Origin: the human T2T-CHM13v2.0 reference genome, Homo sapiens
Length of the DNA: 64,000 bases
Reading direction: 5' to 3' (one strand)
Assembly: GCF_009914755.1 (NCBI RefSeq)
Contig: NC_060931.1
Numbering within the stretch: position 1 is the stretch's first letter; the number at the start of each line of letters is the position of its first letter. The position numbers were made by a program, and so were the translations under genes. This document shows, in pieces, positions 38,968-51,010 of this stretch. The notes under the pieces were generated by a model that saw only the letters and a program-made list of their open reading frames with translations, had not been told where the DNA came from and ran no database searches.

Positions 38968-41644
38968 AACTCCTTTGGTTTTTTATAAGTTTTATCATGA
39001 AATTGCTGCAAGTCAGTCACATCTTCGGGTTCCACTTCTAATTCTAATTATCTTGAGTGGATTTAGAACAACTTTTAAGAGCCCTAGGATTTTAAGGAAG
39101 GATAAGGAGGATTGGCTTCAACTTAAAGTCACCAGCTGCATTAGCTCCTAAGAAGAGAGTAAGCCTATCCTCTGAAGCTGTGAAGCCAAGCACTGACTTC
39201 TCCTCTTTAGCTGTGAAAGTCCTAGATGGCATCTATTTTTAATAGAAGACTGTTTAATCAACATTGAAAATCTCTTGTTTAGTATAGCCACCTTCATGAA
39301 TGAAATTAACTAGATCTTCTAGATAACTAGATACAGCTTCTATATCAGGGCTTGCTACTTAACCTTGTACTTTTATGCTATGGAAACAGCTTCTTTTCTT
39401 CAACATCATAAACCAACCTCTGCTACCTTGAAACATCTCATTTTCAGCTTCTTCACCTCTCTCAGCCTTCATAGAATGAAAGAGAGTTAGGGTATTGCTC
39501 TGCAGGGAATGTTAAAGCAGGTTTTATCTTCTATCTAGACTACTAAAACTTTCTTCACATCAGCAAATAAGGCTATGTAATTTTCCCGTATGTGTTTACT
39601 GGAGTGGCACTTTTAATTTTCTTTAAAAACGTCCCGTGCATTCACAACTTAACTGTTTGGCACAAAAGGTCTAGCTTTTGGTCTATCCCAGCTTTCAACA
39701 TGGCTTTCTCACTAAGCTTAATCATTTCTAGCTTTTGATTTAAGGTAAGATACGTACAACTCTTTCTTTCATTGAACATTAGAGGCCATTTTAGGGTTAT
39801 TAATTGGCCTAATTTCAATATTACTGTGTCTCAGGGAAGAGGGAGGCCTGAGAAAAGGAGGAGATGAGGGAACTGCCTGTTGTGGCAGGAGTCAGAACTG
39901 ACAAAATTTATGGATTAAATTTGCCATCTTATATTAGTGCAATTTGTGGAACTCCAAAACAACTACAATAGTAACATCAAAGATCACTGATTGCAGATCA
40001 ACATAACAGATATAATAATTGTTTGAAATATTCCAAGAATTACCAAAATGTGACACAGAAACATGAACTAAGCATATGCTGTTGGAAAAATTGTTGCTGA
40101 TAGATTTGTTTGATTCAGGGTTACCACAAACCTTCAATTTGTAAAAAACACAGTATTTGTAAAGTTCTGTAAAGTATGATAAAATGAGGTATGCTCAAAA
40201 ATCAATCTACCAAAATGACATATTTTGCATAGCATTTTCCAAACTTCAATGGCTAGTTTTGTTGAAGAAGCAATTCAAGCATAATTGTTAACAACAAGTA
40301 AATTAGGTTAATATAAATGGGATAAAAGTTTATAAATAAAGTTGTCATAGTGGCAAACATCTTTTTCAATAACTTGAAATCTTAAAGTTATGCTAATATA
40401 TGTAATAGATATTCATGAAATACTCAAGTCATTTCTAAATTAAACTGAAATATTAATTGCTGAATCTAAGTTTAAAGTATACATCTTTTGGCATCTTGCT
40501 TTTATGTGATACAGAGAAGCTAAACATGTCTCAGTTTGAAAACATGAAAAAATTATGAGGAAAGATACGGATTTTTATGGCTTTTAAAATTTTAAATATT
40601 GCTGGTTCTTTTAACATTTTGTTTTTCAGATTTAAGGAAACTTTTAAAAAAGCTATCTATAGCTTATAGCAATTTGGTAAGGTATACCCTTGTGATCAAA
40701 AATTGAAACGTTTACTTTTTCCTATCTAATCCCTCCAAAATCCAGAAACTATTCATGAGTATTCTTATTTTATGGCAATATATGTTCATAAATTCAAAAA
40801 AATATGCTTTTATAATAAAATACAATTGGTAATATTGACTATATTTCCAAGCCTTGGACTGGGATGCCATATTTCAGAATGTACATAGAACGAATCTATA
40901 GGTACTGCAGGAAAAGTCTCAAGTATGCATTGGCTTGGCTTTCTAGCCTCAAGAGGTCTTTAAAAGTCCAGCCTGATATTGCTTATCAAAAGTTTAGCAA
41001 AGCAAACTTGGAAAAAATAAAAGGGCTATGTTTTCAATTGCTATTCTTGGTGCACTTAAATAGGCCAATTTTCATGAGACTAGACTTATTTTGCAAACAA
41101 AATTAGTCTTACTCGGATTATCTTTGGTGTAAGTGGGGGCGTCGCTGTTAAGAGAAAAATTATATTGATGAAGAAAGACTATAGTGAACCTGTTATTAGA
41201 TTGCAGCCGTGCTTATTGTTTGAGTTTTTTTTATCTACCTGTAGACTAGAGTGGATCCTGAATTCTGTTTTCCTCCAATATCTAGCTACATCCAATATCT
41301 GACTATATTTCCTCCAATATCTGGTTACAACCCTACAAGAACTGCTCTGTTCCTGAAGCCCTATAAATTGAGTTTGGACAACTTGATGTAAATTTCAAGG
41401 ACAGATCTCATGTTTGATGTGTGAGCTACACAGATAATTTAACAATAACCAGAGACATTCAACCTGTAAACCAGGATGAGAAGTTGATGACTTCATGTTG
41501 TGGACAGCTTTTCCCAAGACATGTTGAGACCAAAACCCAAAATTATGGTGACTGAGAGCAGCATTGATGACCTAAGTTTCATCACACTCTCAGTGAGAGT
41601 GTGACAAAAAGGGAGGAAGTTTTAAGTGAAATCTATGGAAGGTA

Positions 41645-41925
41645 GATTGGGTGCAGTGGCTCACACCTATAATCCCAGCAGAGAATCGCTTGAGCCCAGG
41701 AGTTCAAGACCAGCCTAGGCAACATAGGGAGGCCTCGTCTTTACAAAAAATAATTAGCCAGGCATTGTGTCTTTTATCTGTGGTCTCACCTTATCAGGAG
41801 ACTGAGGCAAAAGGATTGCTTAAGCCCAGGAGTTTGAGGCTGCAATGAGCCATGATCACACCACTGCATTTTAGTCTGGGCAACAGAAGGAGATCCTGTC
41901 TCTAAAAAAGTAAATACATAAAATA
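41645..41925 (+). mobile_element. AluJ-type SINE in the MER31-like 3' LTR
   Basis: Alu arms with an A-rich tail. Degenerate TSD aatctatggaagg / aaattatagaagg. Confidence 0.88.
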
Positions 41926-42282
41926 AAATTATAGAAGGCCATTTGGTTTGGACTGAGCTTCTACACTAGTCCCTTACGCTGAAGTTCCACTAAGCCAAAA
42001 CTAAGTTGTTTATCTGACCTTTCAAGAAGTCAGGAGAGTGAGAGATAATAGCCAAATCCACAAACAAGCCAGTTTTAGCTGTGATATAAGAAAGTCCCTC
42101 TGTTTAACCTTTATAAGGAAAATAAATTTGAAATGACCAATGACTTTTTATTCTGTTTCTGCTTTCCTCAGCCCCTTTCTGTCTATAAAGCCAACCTCTC
42201 TGCTCTTTCAACCATACTTACATACATATTAATATTATAGTAATTGCATGTAAATAAACAATTAAACTGTATGGAAAAGTAG

Positions 42283-42668
42283 TGTATTCATCTGTTTTCA
42301 CATGTACTGCTATACCTGAGACTGGGTAATTTATTTAAAAAAGAGGTTTAATTGGCTCACAGTCCTGCAGGCTGTACAGGAAGCATAGCACCTTCTGGGA
42401 AGGCCTCAGGAAACTTTCAGTCACAGTGAAAGGCAAGGGAGAGCCACCACTTCACATGGCCGGAGCAGGAGGAAGACAGAAAGCAGGGAGGTGCTATACA
42501 CGTTCAAACAACCAGATCTCTATTATAAGAACAGCACTAGGGAGATGGAGCTAAACCATTAGAAGCGGCCCCCATTGTCCAATCGCCTCCCACCAGGCCC
42601 CACTTCCAGCACTGGGGATTATATTTCAATATGAGATTTGGGTGGGGACATAGATTCAAACCATATTA
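42283..42668 (-). mobile_element. MSTA-like MaLR solo LTR
   Basis: gactgggtaatttat...aggtttaattggctcacag and gagatttgggtggggaca. TSD AGTAG. Confidence 0.85.
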
Positions 42669-44095
42669 AGTAGCAATGCTTTTTTGTGATTATTATCCAA
42701 CTCTATGTAAGGGAAATTAATATATTCACTCAAAAATTCACTTTTTTTTCCTGTCTGTATTTTTTCCTTTTCTGAAAGCTTTTGATCACATTATGTCAAT
42801 CTATACACTTTTTTCCTTTTTGTAATCAGATTCCACATCTTCAATCAACAATACCCATTCTGTTACCAGATGTGCTATGTCTAAAGAGAATTGCTCTGCC
42901 TCTCTTACTTAGAGTAGAAAAGAATTCATTTATTAATCTTTAACACTTCCGAAGCAATTTCACATAGAATACTCAGTGATGATGAGCATGGCAATATTCA
43001 GAAGAACCAAAATTTATTTATTTATTTATTTATGAATTGGTCTTGATTCTTCAGAATTCTATTTCATCTTGGTTGAGGTAAAATACCCTTTGTATCTTTC
43101 ATATATCAAAGAATAAATCCCAGCTTCACAAAGAAGTAAAATGCTAACTATTAAAATGCAAGTGTTCTGCTAAGACAGGGAGAGAGAAGGGACTAAACAC
43201 CCTGATGCCTTTCTCCCCCTGACCTTAGATTTGCTGCTGCTGACTCCTTTTGTACTGTCCCCATTAGGGAGTCTAGAAGAGGCACTCTATAAAGATCAAT
43301 ATGCAGGGCACAGCATCAGGGAGAAAGTGGGCATGTGCATTCAAATGGCTAACCACCAGTGCAGATGGGTTAAACAGCAGATTAGACACAACTTAAAAAG
43401 ATAGTGTCTGAAGAAATTGTCCAGTAGCACAGAGAGAGAAGGATTTAGACAATAGGAAAGATTAGTGAATTGACATGAAGATTGGAATGAACGAATGTTT
43501 TATATTTCTAAGGAGCATTCTAGAGGACAGAATACAAATAATGGGGGTGGTGGGCAATATTAAAGGAGATTATAATAAAAGTAACAATTATTCAATAATA
43601 ATGGTGAACACATACATAGTATTTACAATGTGCCATGGCACTGGACATAACTAATTTAATCTTTATAACAAACCTATGAATAGGTATGGTATGAATCCAC
43701 AGATACAGGAAACACAATAATTATAGAGCATATAAATAATTGATATGCAGATGCCTTGAAGTCAAACTATAGAAAATCAAACAAAAAAAGAATGGAAAAT
43801 AGCTACAACAAAAGGTGGTAACAATGATTACACTGACAACAGAAATTTTCAACTGTAGACAATGGAATAATCACTTGGATATATAGGAATAAAGAACCAT
43901 TGACCTAGAATTAGGTATCCAGCAAAACTATTTTCAAATATGAAAGAATAATAGTAAGATTTTAAGATAAAACAAAGTTATGATCATCAATAAACTTTAA
44001 CTAAAGGAGTTTCAAAATGGGTATACTTAAGGAGGAAGAAAAGTAATTCCGCAAAGTCAAGGGTCAGGAAAGAATGGTGAGAAAATTGGACAACA

Positions 44096-44686
44096 ACCAG
44101 CCATCCCATTACTGGGTATATACCCAAAGGACTATAAATCATGCTGCTATAAAGACACATGCATACGTATGTTTATTGCAGCATTCATTATTCACAATAG
44201 CAAAGACTTGGAACCAACCCAAATGTCCAACAATGATAGACTGGATTAAGAAAATGTGGCACATATACACCATGGAATACTATGCAGCCATAAAAAATGA
44301 TGAGTTCATGTCCTTTGTAGGGACATGGATGAAATTGGAAATCATCATTCTCAGTAAACTATCGCAAGAACAAAAAACCAAACACCGCATATTCTCACTC
44401 ATAGGTGGGAATTGAACAATGAGATCACATGGACACAGGAAGGGGAATATCACACTCTGGGGACTGTTGTGGGGTGGGGGGAGGGGGGAGGGGGAAGGGA
44501 TAGCATTGGGAGATATAACTAATGCTAGATGACAAGTTAGTGGGTGCAGCACACCAGCATGGCACATGCATACGTATGTAACTAACCTGCACAATGTGCA
44601 CGTGTACCCTAAAAGTATAATAAAAAAAAATTAAAAAAAAAAATAGATGGTACAATTGACCCTTAAGCAAAAATAAAAAAAAAAAA
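44096..44686 (+). mobile_element. 5'-truncated young L1 (L1PA2-like) with two poly(A) tracts
   Basis: ORF2 C-terminus SLFTIAKTWNQPKCP...FSLIGGN and a 3'UTR with gagatcacatgg, lacking the L1HS ACA/ACG diagnostic. 16-bp TSD agaaaattggacaaca at 44080-95 and 44687-702. Confidence 0.93.
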
Positions 44687-45079
44687 AGAAAATTGGACAA
44701 CACTTAACTAAATTTAAGCAAATATTGTCTGTATAAAGTAATAGCAATAGTTTCTAATTTAGGATATAAATTATAACAATAGGATGCAACTTACAAGAGA
44801 GTTGAGAGGAGTTAAACTGGTGAATCATATATTTGAAATGAAGATCAACAGTGATTTACATTTAGTTTCTTAGTTATGAGAATTTCAAGGGTAATAACCA
44901 AAAGCCAGTTAAAGAAAAAAGATGAACCAAGAATCAAACAAACGTAACATCTCTATCAATCCAAAATAAAGCAAGAAAGGAGAAAAAAATAGCAAAAGAA
45001 AAGCAACACAAAACAAAATGTTGCAAATAAGTCAAAATGTATTTTTAACCACAATAATTTAATTATTTTCAGTTGAAAT

Positions 45080-45720
45080 ATAGAATGCTCAGAATACAAT
45101 AACCCAAAGTAAGGTGTGTTGGTGTGCTAAGCACATTGAACAGAAAGGCTTCAGAAGGACCTCAGAAGGAAGGTCTCTCTGACCTTCTCCCATCCTCCTA
45201 TCTCCAGCCCATCTTCATTCACCTGAGCAATTCATAGAAATCAGACTTCCTTTTCTTCAAAGTGAATCATTGAAACTAGAACTCTTCTCCCCACACACAA
45301 ACCATAAAACCCAGAAGGGTCATTCACACTTCTCATTTCTCCCTTGAAGATCCTCATTTCAGAGGAGTGCTGTCCAATACTCAGAAGAAATGCTACACAG
45401 AGAGCTTAAGAATCTGAACAGACAGGACTTGTTGAGTTTCCCCCTTCAGTTACCATTAGATTATACCCTTTTATATTAGATGAAACCCTTTTATCCAGTT
45501 ACATTTCTACATGCCTGTTCATTTTTCATGGAACCTAAATATAAAAATAGACAGTTGTCCTTGGGTCTTTGGGTCTTCATTTCTGAAGTCTCCTGTGTCA
45601 TGTAAAACTTTGATTAAATAAAGTTATTATGCTTTTCTCTTGTTAACCTGTCTGGTTATAGGAATATTGGCTGTGACTTTTATGATTGGTAAGGATAGGT
45701 ATTATATCTTTCCACCCTAG
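45080..45720 (+). mobile_element. MER39-like ERV1 LTR
   Basis: gctcagaatacaataacccaaag...cctcagaaggaaggtctctctgacc, plus tataaaaa and attaaataaa. Confidence 0.6.
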
Positions 45721-45939
45721 TATTTACAAAGGAATTTCAGGTTGAAATTGAATTTATGTGGTACACATAAAACCTAAGATAGACAGGCTGAAAGTACAGT
45801 AGAAAAAGATTAGAAAAATATTTTATTTAAAAAACAGGGTAGCTATAGCAATATCAATCAAAATAACCTTTAAGCAAAAGTATTATTAGGAATAAAGAGG
45901 TCAGAACATTTATTGATTTAGAAACAGCTATACAATGTT

Positions 45940-46188
45940 AAATGCATGCCAACCATTGTTGTAGGCACACAAGCAGGCTTATAAGTATTAACTTATTTAG
46001 TTCTCATTTCAATTTTATTAGGTAGGTATTATTTCTATTTACCTTTCCATCTTTTCAAACAAGGCAATGGATGAAGGAAGCTTAAGCAATTTGCTCAGTC
46101 ACACAGTCAATGAGGAGAGAAATCTGGACTCAATCCAGAAAGCAATCTGGCTCCAGGGTCCTTGAACTTAACCACTATGCAATGCTGT
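45940..46188 (-). mobile_element. MIR SINE
   Basis: ttaagcaatttgctcagtcacacag...tctggctccag...cttaaccactatgc. Confidence 0.6.
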
Positions 46189-46374
46189 CTAAGAGGCTTA
46201 GCTAGCATACTATAAACTTGTATGCACCCAATTTAATGGCCTCAAGCATAGAAAGAAAAATTTGATAAAACTACAGGGAAAAGTAGACAAATATAAAATA
46301 ATAAAGACATAGTTCAACATATTTTAAATTACTACAAGCTTAGGCAAGCAAAAAATTTGCAGGATAAAGAATTA

Positions 46375-47742
46375 AAGAAGTCCTAACCAGAGGAATCCAA
46401 CAAGAGAAAGAAAGAGCATGCAAATTAGAAAGAAGTCAAATTATTTTTTGCAGATAATATGATCTTATATTTTAAACCCAAAGACTCCATTAAAAAAAAT
46501 ACTATTAGAACTGTTAAACAAATTCAGTAATGTTGCAGGATACAAAAATTAACATAAAAATCTGTAGTACCTCTATATGCCAACAGTGAACAATCTGAAA
46601 TAGAAATTAAGAAAGTAGTCATATTTATAATGTTATAAATAAAATACCTAGAAATAAACTTAACCAAAGAAGTGAAAGCGCTCTATATTGAAAACTATAA
46701 AACACCGATGAACAAAATCAAAGAGAACACCAAAAAAGGAGAAAGATATTCCATGGATTAGAAGAATCAATACTGTTAAAATGTCCCTACTACCACAAAC
46801 AAGTTATAGATTCAATGCAATCCCCATCAAAATACCAATGGCATTCTTAAAAAATAGAAAAAATAATTCTAAAATTTATATGGGACCACAATAGACCCAG
46901 AATAGTCAAAGCTATTGGCAAACAGGTGTATGAAAATGTGATCAGCATCATCGAGCATCAGAGAAATGCAAATCAAAACTACAATGAGATATCATCTCAC
47001 CCCAGTTAAAACGCCTTTTATCCAAAAGACAGTCGATAATGAATGCTGATGACAAGGTGAAGAAAAAGGAACCTTTGTATACTGTTGGTAGGAATGTAAA
47101 TTAATACAACCACTATTGAGAACAGTTTAAGCAGAATAACCATTCCTATGTTTATTATTGTAACACTGTTCACGATAGCCAAGATTAAGAAGCAACCTAA
47201 GTCTCCATTAACAGATGAATGAAGAAAATATGGCACATGTACACAATGGAGTACTATTCAGTCTTAACAAATGAGACCCTATCATTTGCAACAACGTGGA
47301 TGGAACTGGAGGTCATTATGTTAAGTGAAATAAGCCAGGCACAGAAAGATAAACGTTGCATGTTCTCACTTATTTGTGGGAGCTAAAATTCAAAACAATT
47401 AAACTTATTGAGACAGAGAGTAGAATGATGGTTACCAGAAACTGGGGAAGGTAATGGGGGTGGGGGGTAGGCAGGGATGTTTATGAGTACAAAACTATAG
47501 TTAGATAGTATGAATAAGATCTAGTATTTGATAGCACAACAGAGTACAGTCAACAATTTATCATGCATTTAAAAATAACTAAAAGAATATAATTGGATTG
47601 TTTATAACACAAAGAAAGGATAAAAACTTGAGGTGATGGATACCCTATTTACCCTGATATGATTATTACACATTATGAAACCTGTATAAGTCTCTCATGT
47701 ACCCTATAAACATATACATCTACTATGTACCCACAAAAATTA
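46375..47742 (+). mobile_element. L1MA1-3-like 3' fragment with internal deletions
   Basis: tttgcagataatatgatc (FADDM region), the ORF2 end and an L1MA 3'UTR. Possible TSD aaagaatta. Confidence 0.8.
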
Positions 47743-47831
47743 AAAGAATTAGTGACACAATTTAAAGTTCCAATATAACAGAAATTAATACATTGTGCAT
47801 CCTTTAAGAGAACTATAAAAGGCAAGGATAA

Positions 47832-48455
47832 TGTATTGGTTATGTACTGCTGATGAACAAATTACTGCAGAAGGTAGTAGCTTAGAACAACACACATTTA
47901 TTATCTCACAATTCCTCTGGGTCAAGAACTCAGGATTGGTTTAACTGAGTGCCTCTGGCTCAAGATCTCTCATGAGCTTGCAGTGAGGGTGTCGGCTGTG
48001 GTCTTTTCTAAGATAAGACCTGGGTATGATCCACTAGAAAGTTACTCATGTGGTTGTTGACCCGATTTTATTCTCTCAGGGCTGTTTAGACTGAGGGCCT
48101 CATTTCTCCTGCCTGTTGGCTAGAAGGCTCCCTCAGTCCCTTGCCTTGTGGGCCTTTTATAGGACAACTTCAAACTTACATCATGGCAACTGGTTTTCCG
48201 TAGAGCAAGCAAGAGAAAGAGGGAGTGAAAGTGAGAAGGAGAGAGAGAGAGAAAGAAAGAGAGAGAGACGAAAGCTACAGTTATTTTATAACCTAATATC
48301 AGCAGTGGCATTCACTACTTTTGTTTCATTGTATTTGTTAGAAGTGAATCACTTCTAACAAGTCTAGTTCACTCTGTAGGGAAGTAGATTACATAAGGGT
48401 GTCAATACTGGAAAGTGGGGGTCATTTAGGACCATCTTAGAGGTTGCCTAGCACA
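47832..48455 (-). mobile_element. MLT1F-like MaLR LTR
   Basis: aacaaattac...gcttagaacaacacacatttattatctcaca at left and ccatcttagaggttgcctagcaca at right. Confidence 0.7.
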
Positions 48456-49724
48456 GGTGATTAACATAAAATACAGCAGGATTATAATAAAAGCAAAGAA
48501 GTCATCAGTACAATTGTATTGGCTTTGGCATATTTCTGAATTAGATGATTGAATTGTGGGTGTCCATTTTGTTATGCTTTATAAGTTTACAGATATAGTA
48601 CTCTTTTCTTTTGTATATATAAAAATCACATAATTTTTTCAAAAAATAAGGTAGTCACCATCTTCTAAAATAAAACAAATCTCTAGCTATATGAGACTGA
48701 CCTCTCGATAACTCCAGTTTTTACTGAAAATTAACCATTGCATTTCATCTGATTTGTGAGTTGTTGGGAAAGTTGCATCATTCCCTGTGCACCTCAAATT
48801 ACCTATATGAACTGAACAGTGCATTTTAATTCTATCTTTAAAATAAAATGTTCATTAATTCAATTTGAACTCTCAAACTCAGTCCTTTAAAAGTTTCAGA
48901 ATTTGTACATAAAAGACACTCTACAAACTTACAAGTAGGAAACATTATTTTATGGTATATTTGCTCCCACAAATTTAGGCAAATGTGAGCTTTTTGCTTG
49001 AATTATTCAAGTCTAAACTCTGCCATAAATGTAACCTGTAAATATTTAAACTAATGCAAACAAAAGAACTTGGTTTTATCATTTTGATATGTAGTATCTC
49101 TCTGCCCCACCACCCCCTTGTCTGGTGTTATCAGAAATACAGTTTGATAACATGAATCAAGCTAATAACATTAGCTTATGACTGATTACCTGTACAGTTT
49201 GGCCTGATACAAAAATTCTGCGTAATTAATTTTAATCTTACAATAACACTGGTGGGACTGTAGACCATTTCCCTTAATTTAAATACATAATTTGCAACTT
49301 GAATACATCTGCAATAATGAAATGTCAGAATCTTTTACTCTGAAAAGAGCATAACTATAAATACAACTAAAATTTTATACACATAACTTTTTGTATTAAT
49401 TTTATTGCCCCTCTTGAATTAAGAAAAATAATGCAATGATTCTTTAATTTTCAACTCATATTATTCTTAAAGTCCCTAAATTGGTATTTCCAAAAAGCTG
49501 CATTAAGGCTAATTGAAGATTCTGCAAAAGATACATTATGAAACTAAGATAACTATAAAAATGTTAAGTAGTACAAATACATATAAAGTAATATATAAAA
49601 TCTACTTAAATCACCCCTTACCTCCCAATCCCACTCCCCTGAGGTAACAAATCTTAATTATTTGGTATCAGTCTTTTTATACATTTTCTATAATACTAAA
49701 AACTTATGTGTATTCACATATATG

Positions 49725-50323
49725 TGTGGGGGCCAAAGGCTCTTGGAAGATTCTCTGAAAAATCAACTCACAAAAGGCAGATTTATAGAAGAAAAAGCAT
49801 ACAAATTTATTTAACATGTATACATGGGAGCTTTCAGAAGACTCAAGGATACAGAAGAAATTGTCAATGTTTATGTTTAGGTTATGGATAGCCATGTAGA
49901 AACATGATCGGACAAAAAGGGCAAGATATAATGATAATGGGCTGAGTGGGGAAACTCTGGCTGTCTAGATTCTTCTGAGCATGCATTCCCTCCTTGGTGT
50001 GAGGAAGAGCCCTCTCTAGAATGGGGGTCTCATGATCTACAGTCAAACAAGGTATGTCAGACAATTTCTTTATGGCCAGTTTTTACACAGAAAGGCAAGG
50101 GAAAAATAGAGTAATATTATTAGGTTTTATGACTAGCTTTGGAGAAAAGGGGCTCTGATTTCTGTGACCTGCCTTGGGGAAGAGAGATTCTAGTTTTTAT
50201 GGCTAGCCTCCAGGGAGAACACGACTGAGAGACAGGGGAACAGGAAAAGGTCAGAAAAAAACTTTTGCTCTGAGGCTGCTGCGGAGGCCTTCATTTTAAA
50301 ATACTGTTTTCTGAGCCCCATCA
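49725..50323 (-). mobile_element. LTR29/MER39-group ERV1 solo LTR
   Basis: Right end gaggccttcatttt...ttttctgagccccatca. TG...CA ends and TSD TATG. Inserted in old L1ME-like sequence. Confidence 0.7.
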
Positions 50324-50844
50324 TATGAAAACATATGCATTTTTAAATTGGAGTATACTATATTTATTGTCTGGAAATATTTCTCTCATCTTTTCATCTA
50401 ACATAGTCATCTTCATACAATATAAGATATAGCTCTACATTAATGATTGTTTTATTGGCTATATAGAAATCTCATGGCTTGAAATATAATGATATAACTA
50501 TTTTTCTATTAATGATCACTTAACATTTTATTATTTTATAATTGTTAATTTATCACATATAATTTATTTTTAAATTTTAATATTAAAAACCATGCTACAA
50601 TAAATGTTTTTGGAGATAGAATTTTACTCTAAGCATTGTCTCTCTTAAATGGCTATTTCTAAATTTCCACTGATCGGTCTCCTTTTATAGCACTGCTCTT
50701 AAAGGGGAAATAACTCAAGTTTGGTCCTCAAAGGTTACACATCTTGATTTTAATTTGTATTTGTTAATCTAATTCAATTATTGTTCAATATTAGCTGAAG
50801 TATTCAGGCCAACTTCAACTCAAATGAGCAACTTAAAAATAAGA

Positions 50845-51010
50845 AAAAAGCTAAGAAGGTGGATGTTATGTGTTCTCACCATAAATACAACTATATGAAG
50901 TAATGCATTCACTAGTTAGCTAGATTTAACCATTTCACAACATATATATACTACAAATCGTGTTATACATGGCAAATACATATACTTTTATGTCAATTAA
51001 AAATAAATTT
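50845..51010 (+). mobile_element. L1MA 3'UTR terminal fragment
   Basis: gctaagaaggtggatgttatgtgttctcacca...ttttatgtcaattaaaaataaa. Confidence 0.65.

Larger units (their letters stand above)
43350..46370 (+). mobile_element. Ancient L1M ORF1/ORF2-start remnants in fragments, hosting younger insertions
   Basis: A-rich decayed motifs such as acctagaattaggtatccagcaaaactattttcaaatatgaaag and ataaacttgtatgcaccca. Confidence 0.45.

Noticed and set aside
44074-44415. 113-aa ORF
   Set aside because: It is the C-terminus of L1 ORF2p fused by chance to an upstream ATG via a 4-bp duplication.
44468-44500. G-quadruplex-forming run
   Set aside because: Standard L1 3'UTR G-tract, not locus-specific.
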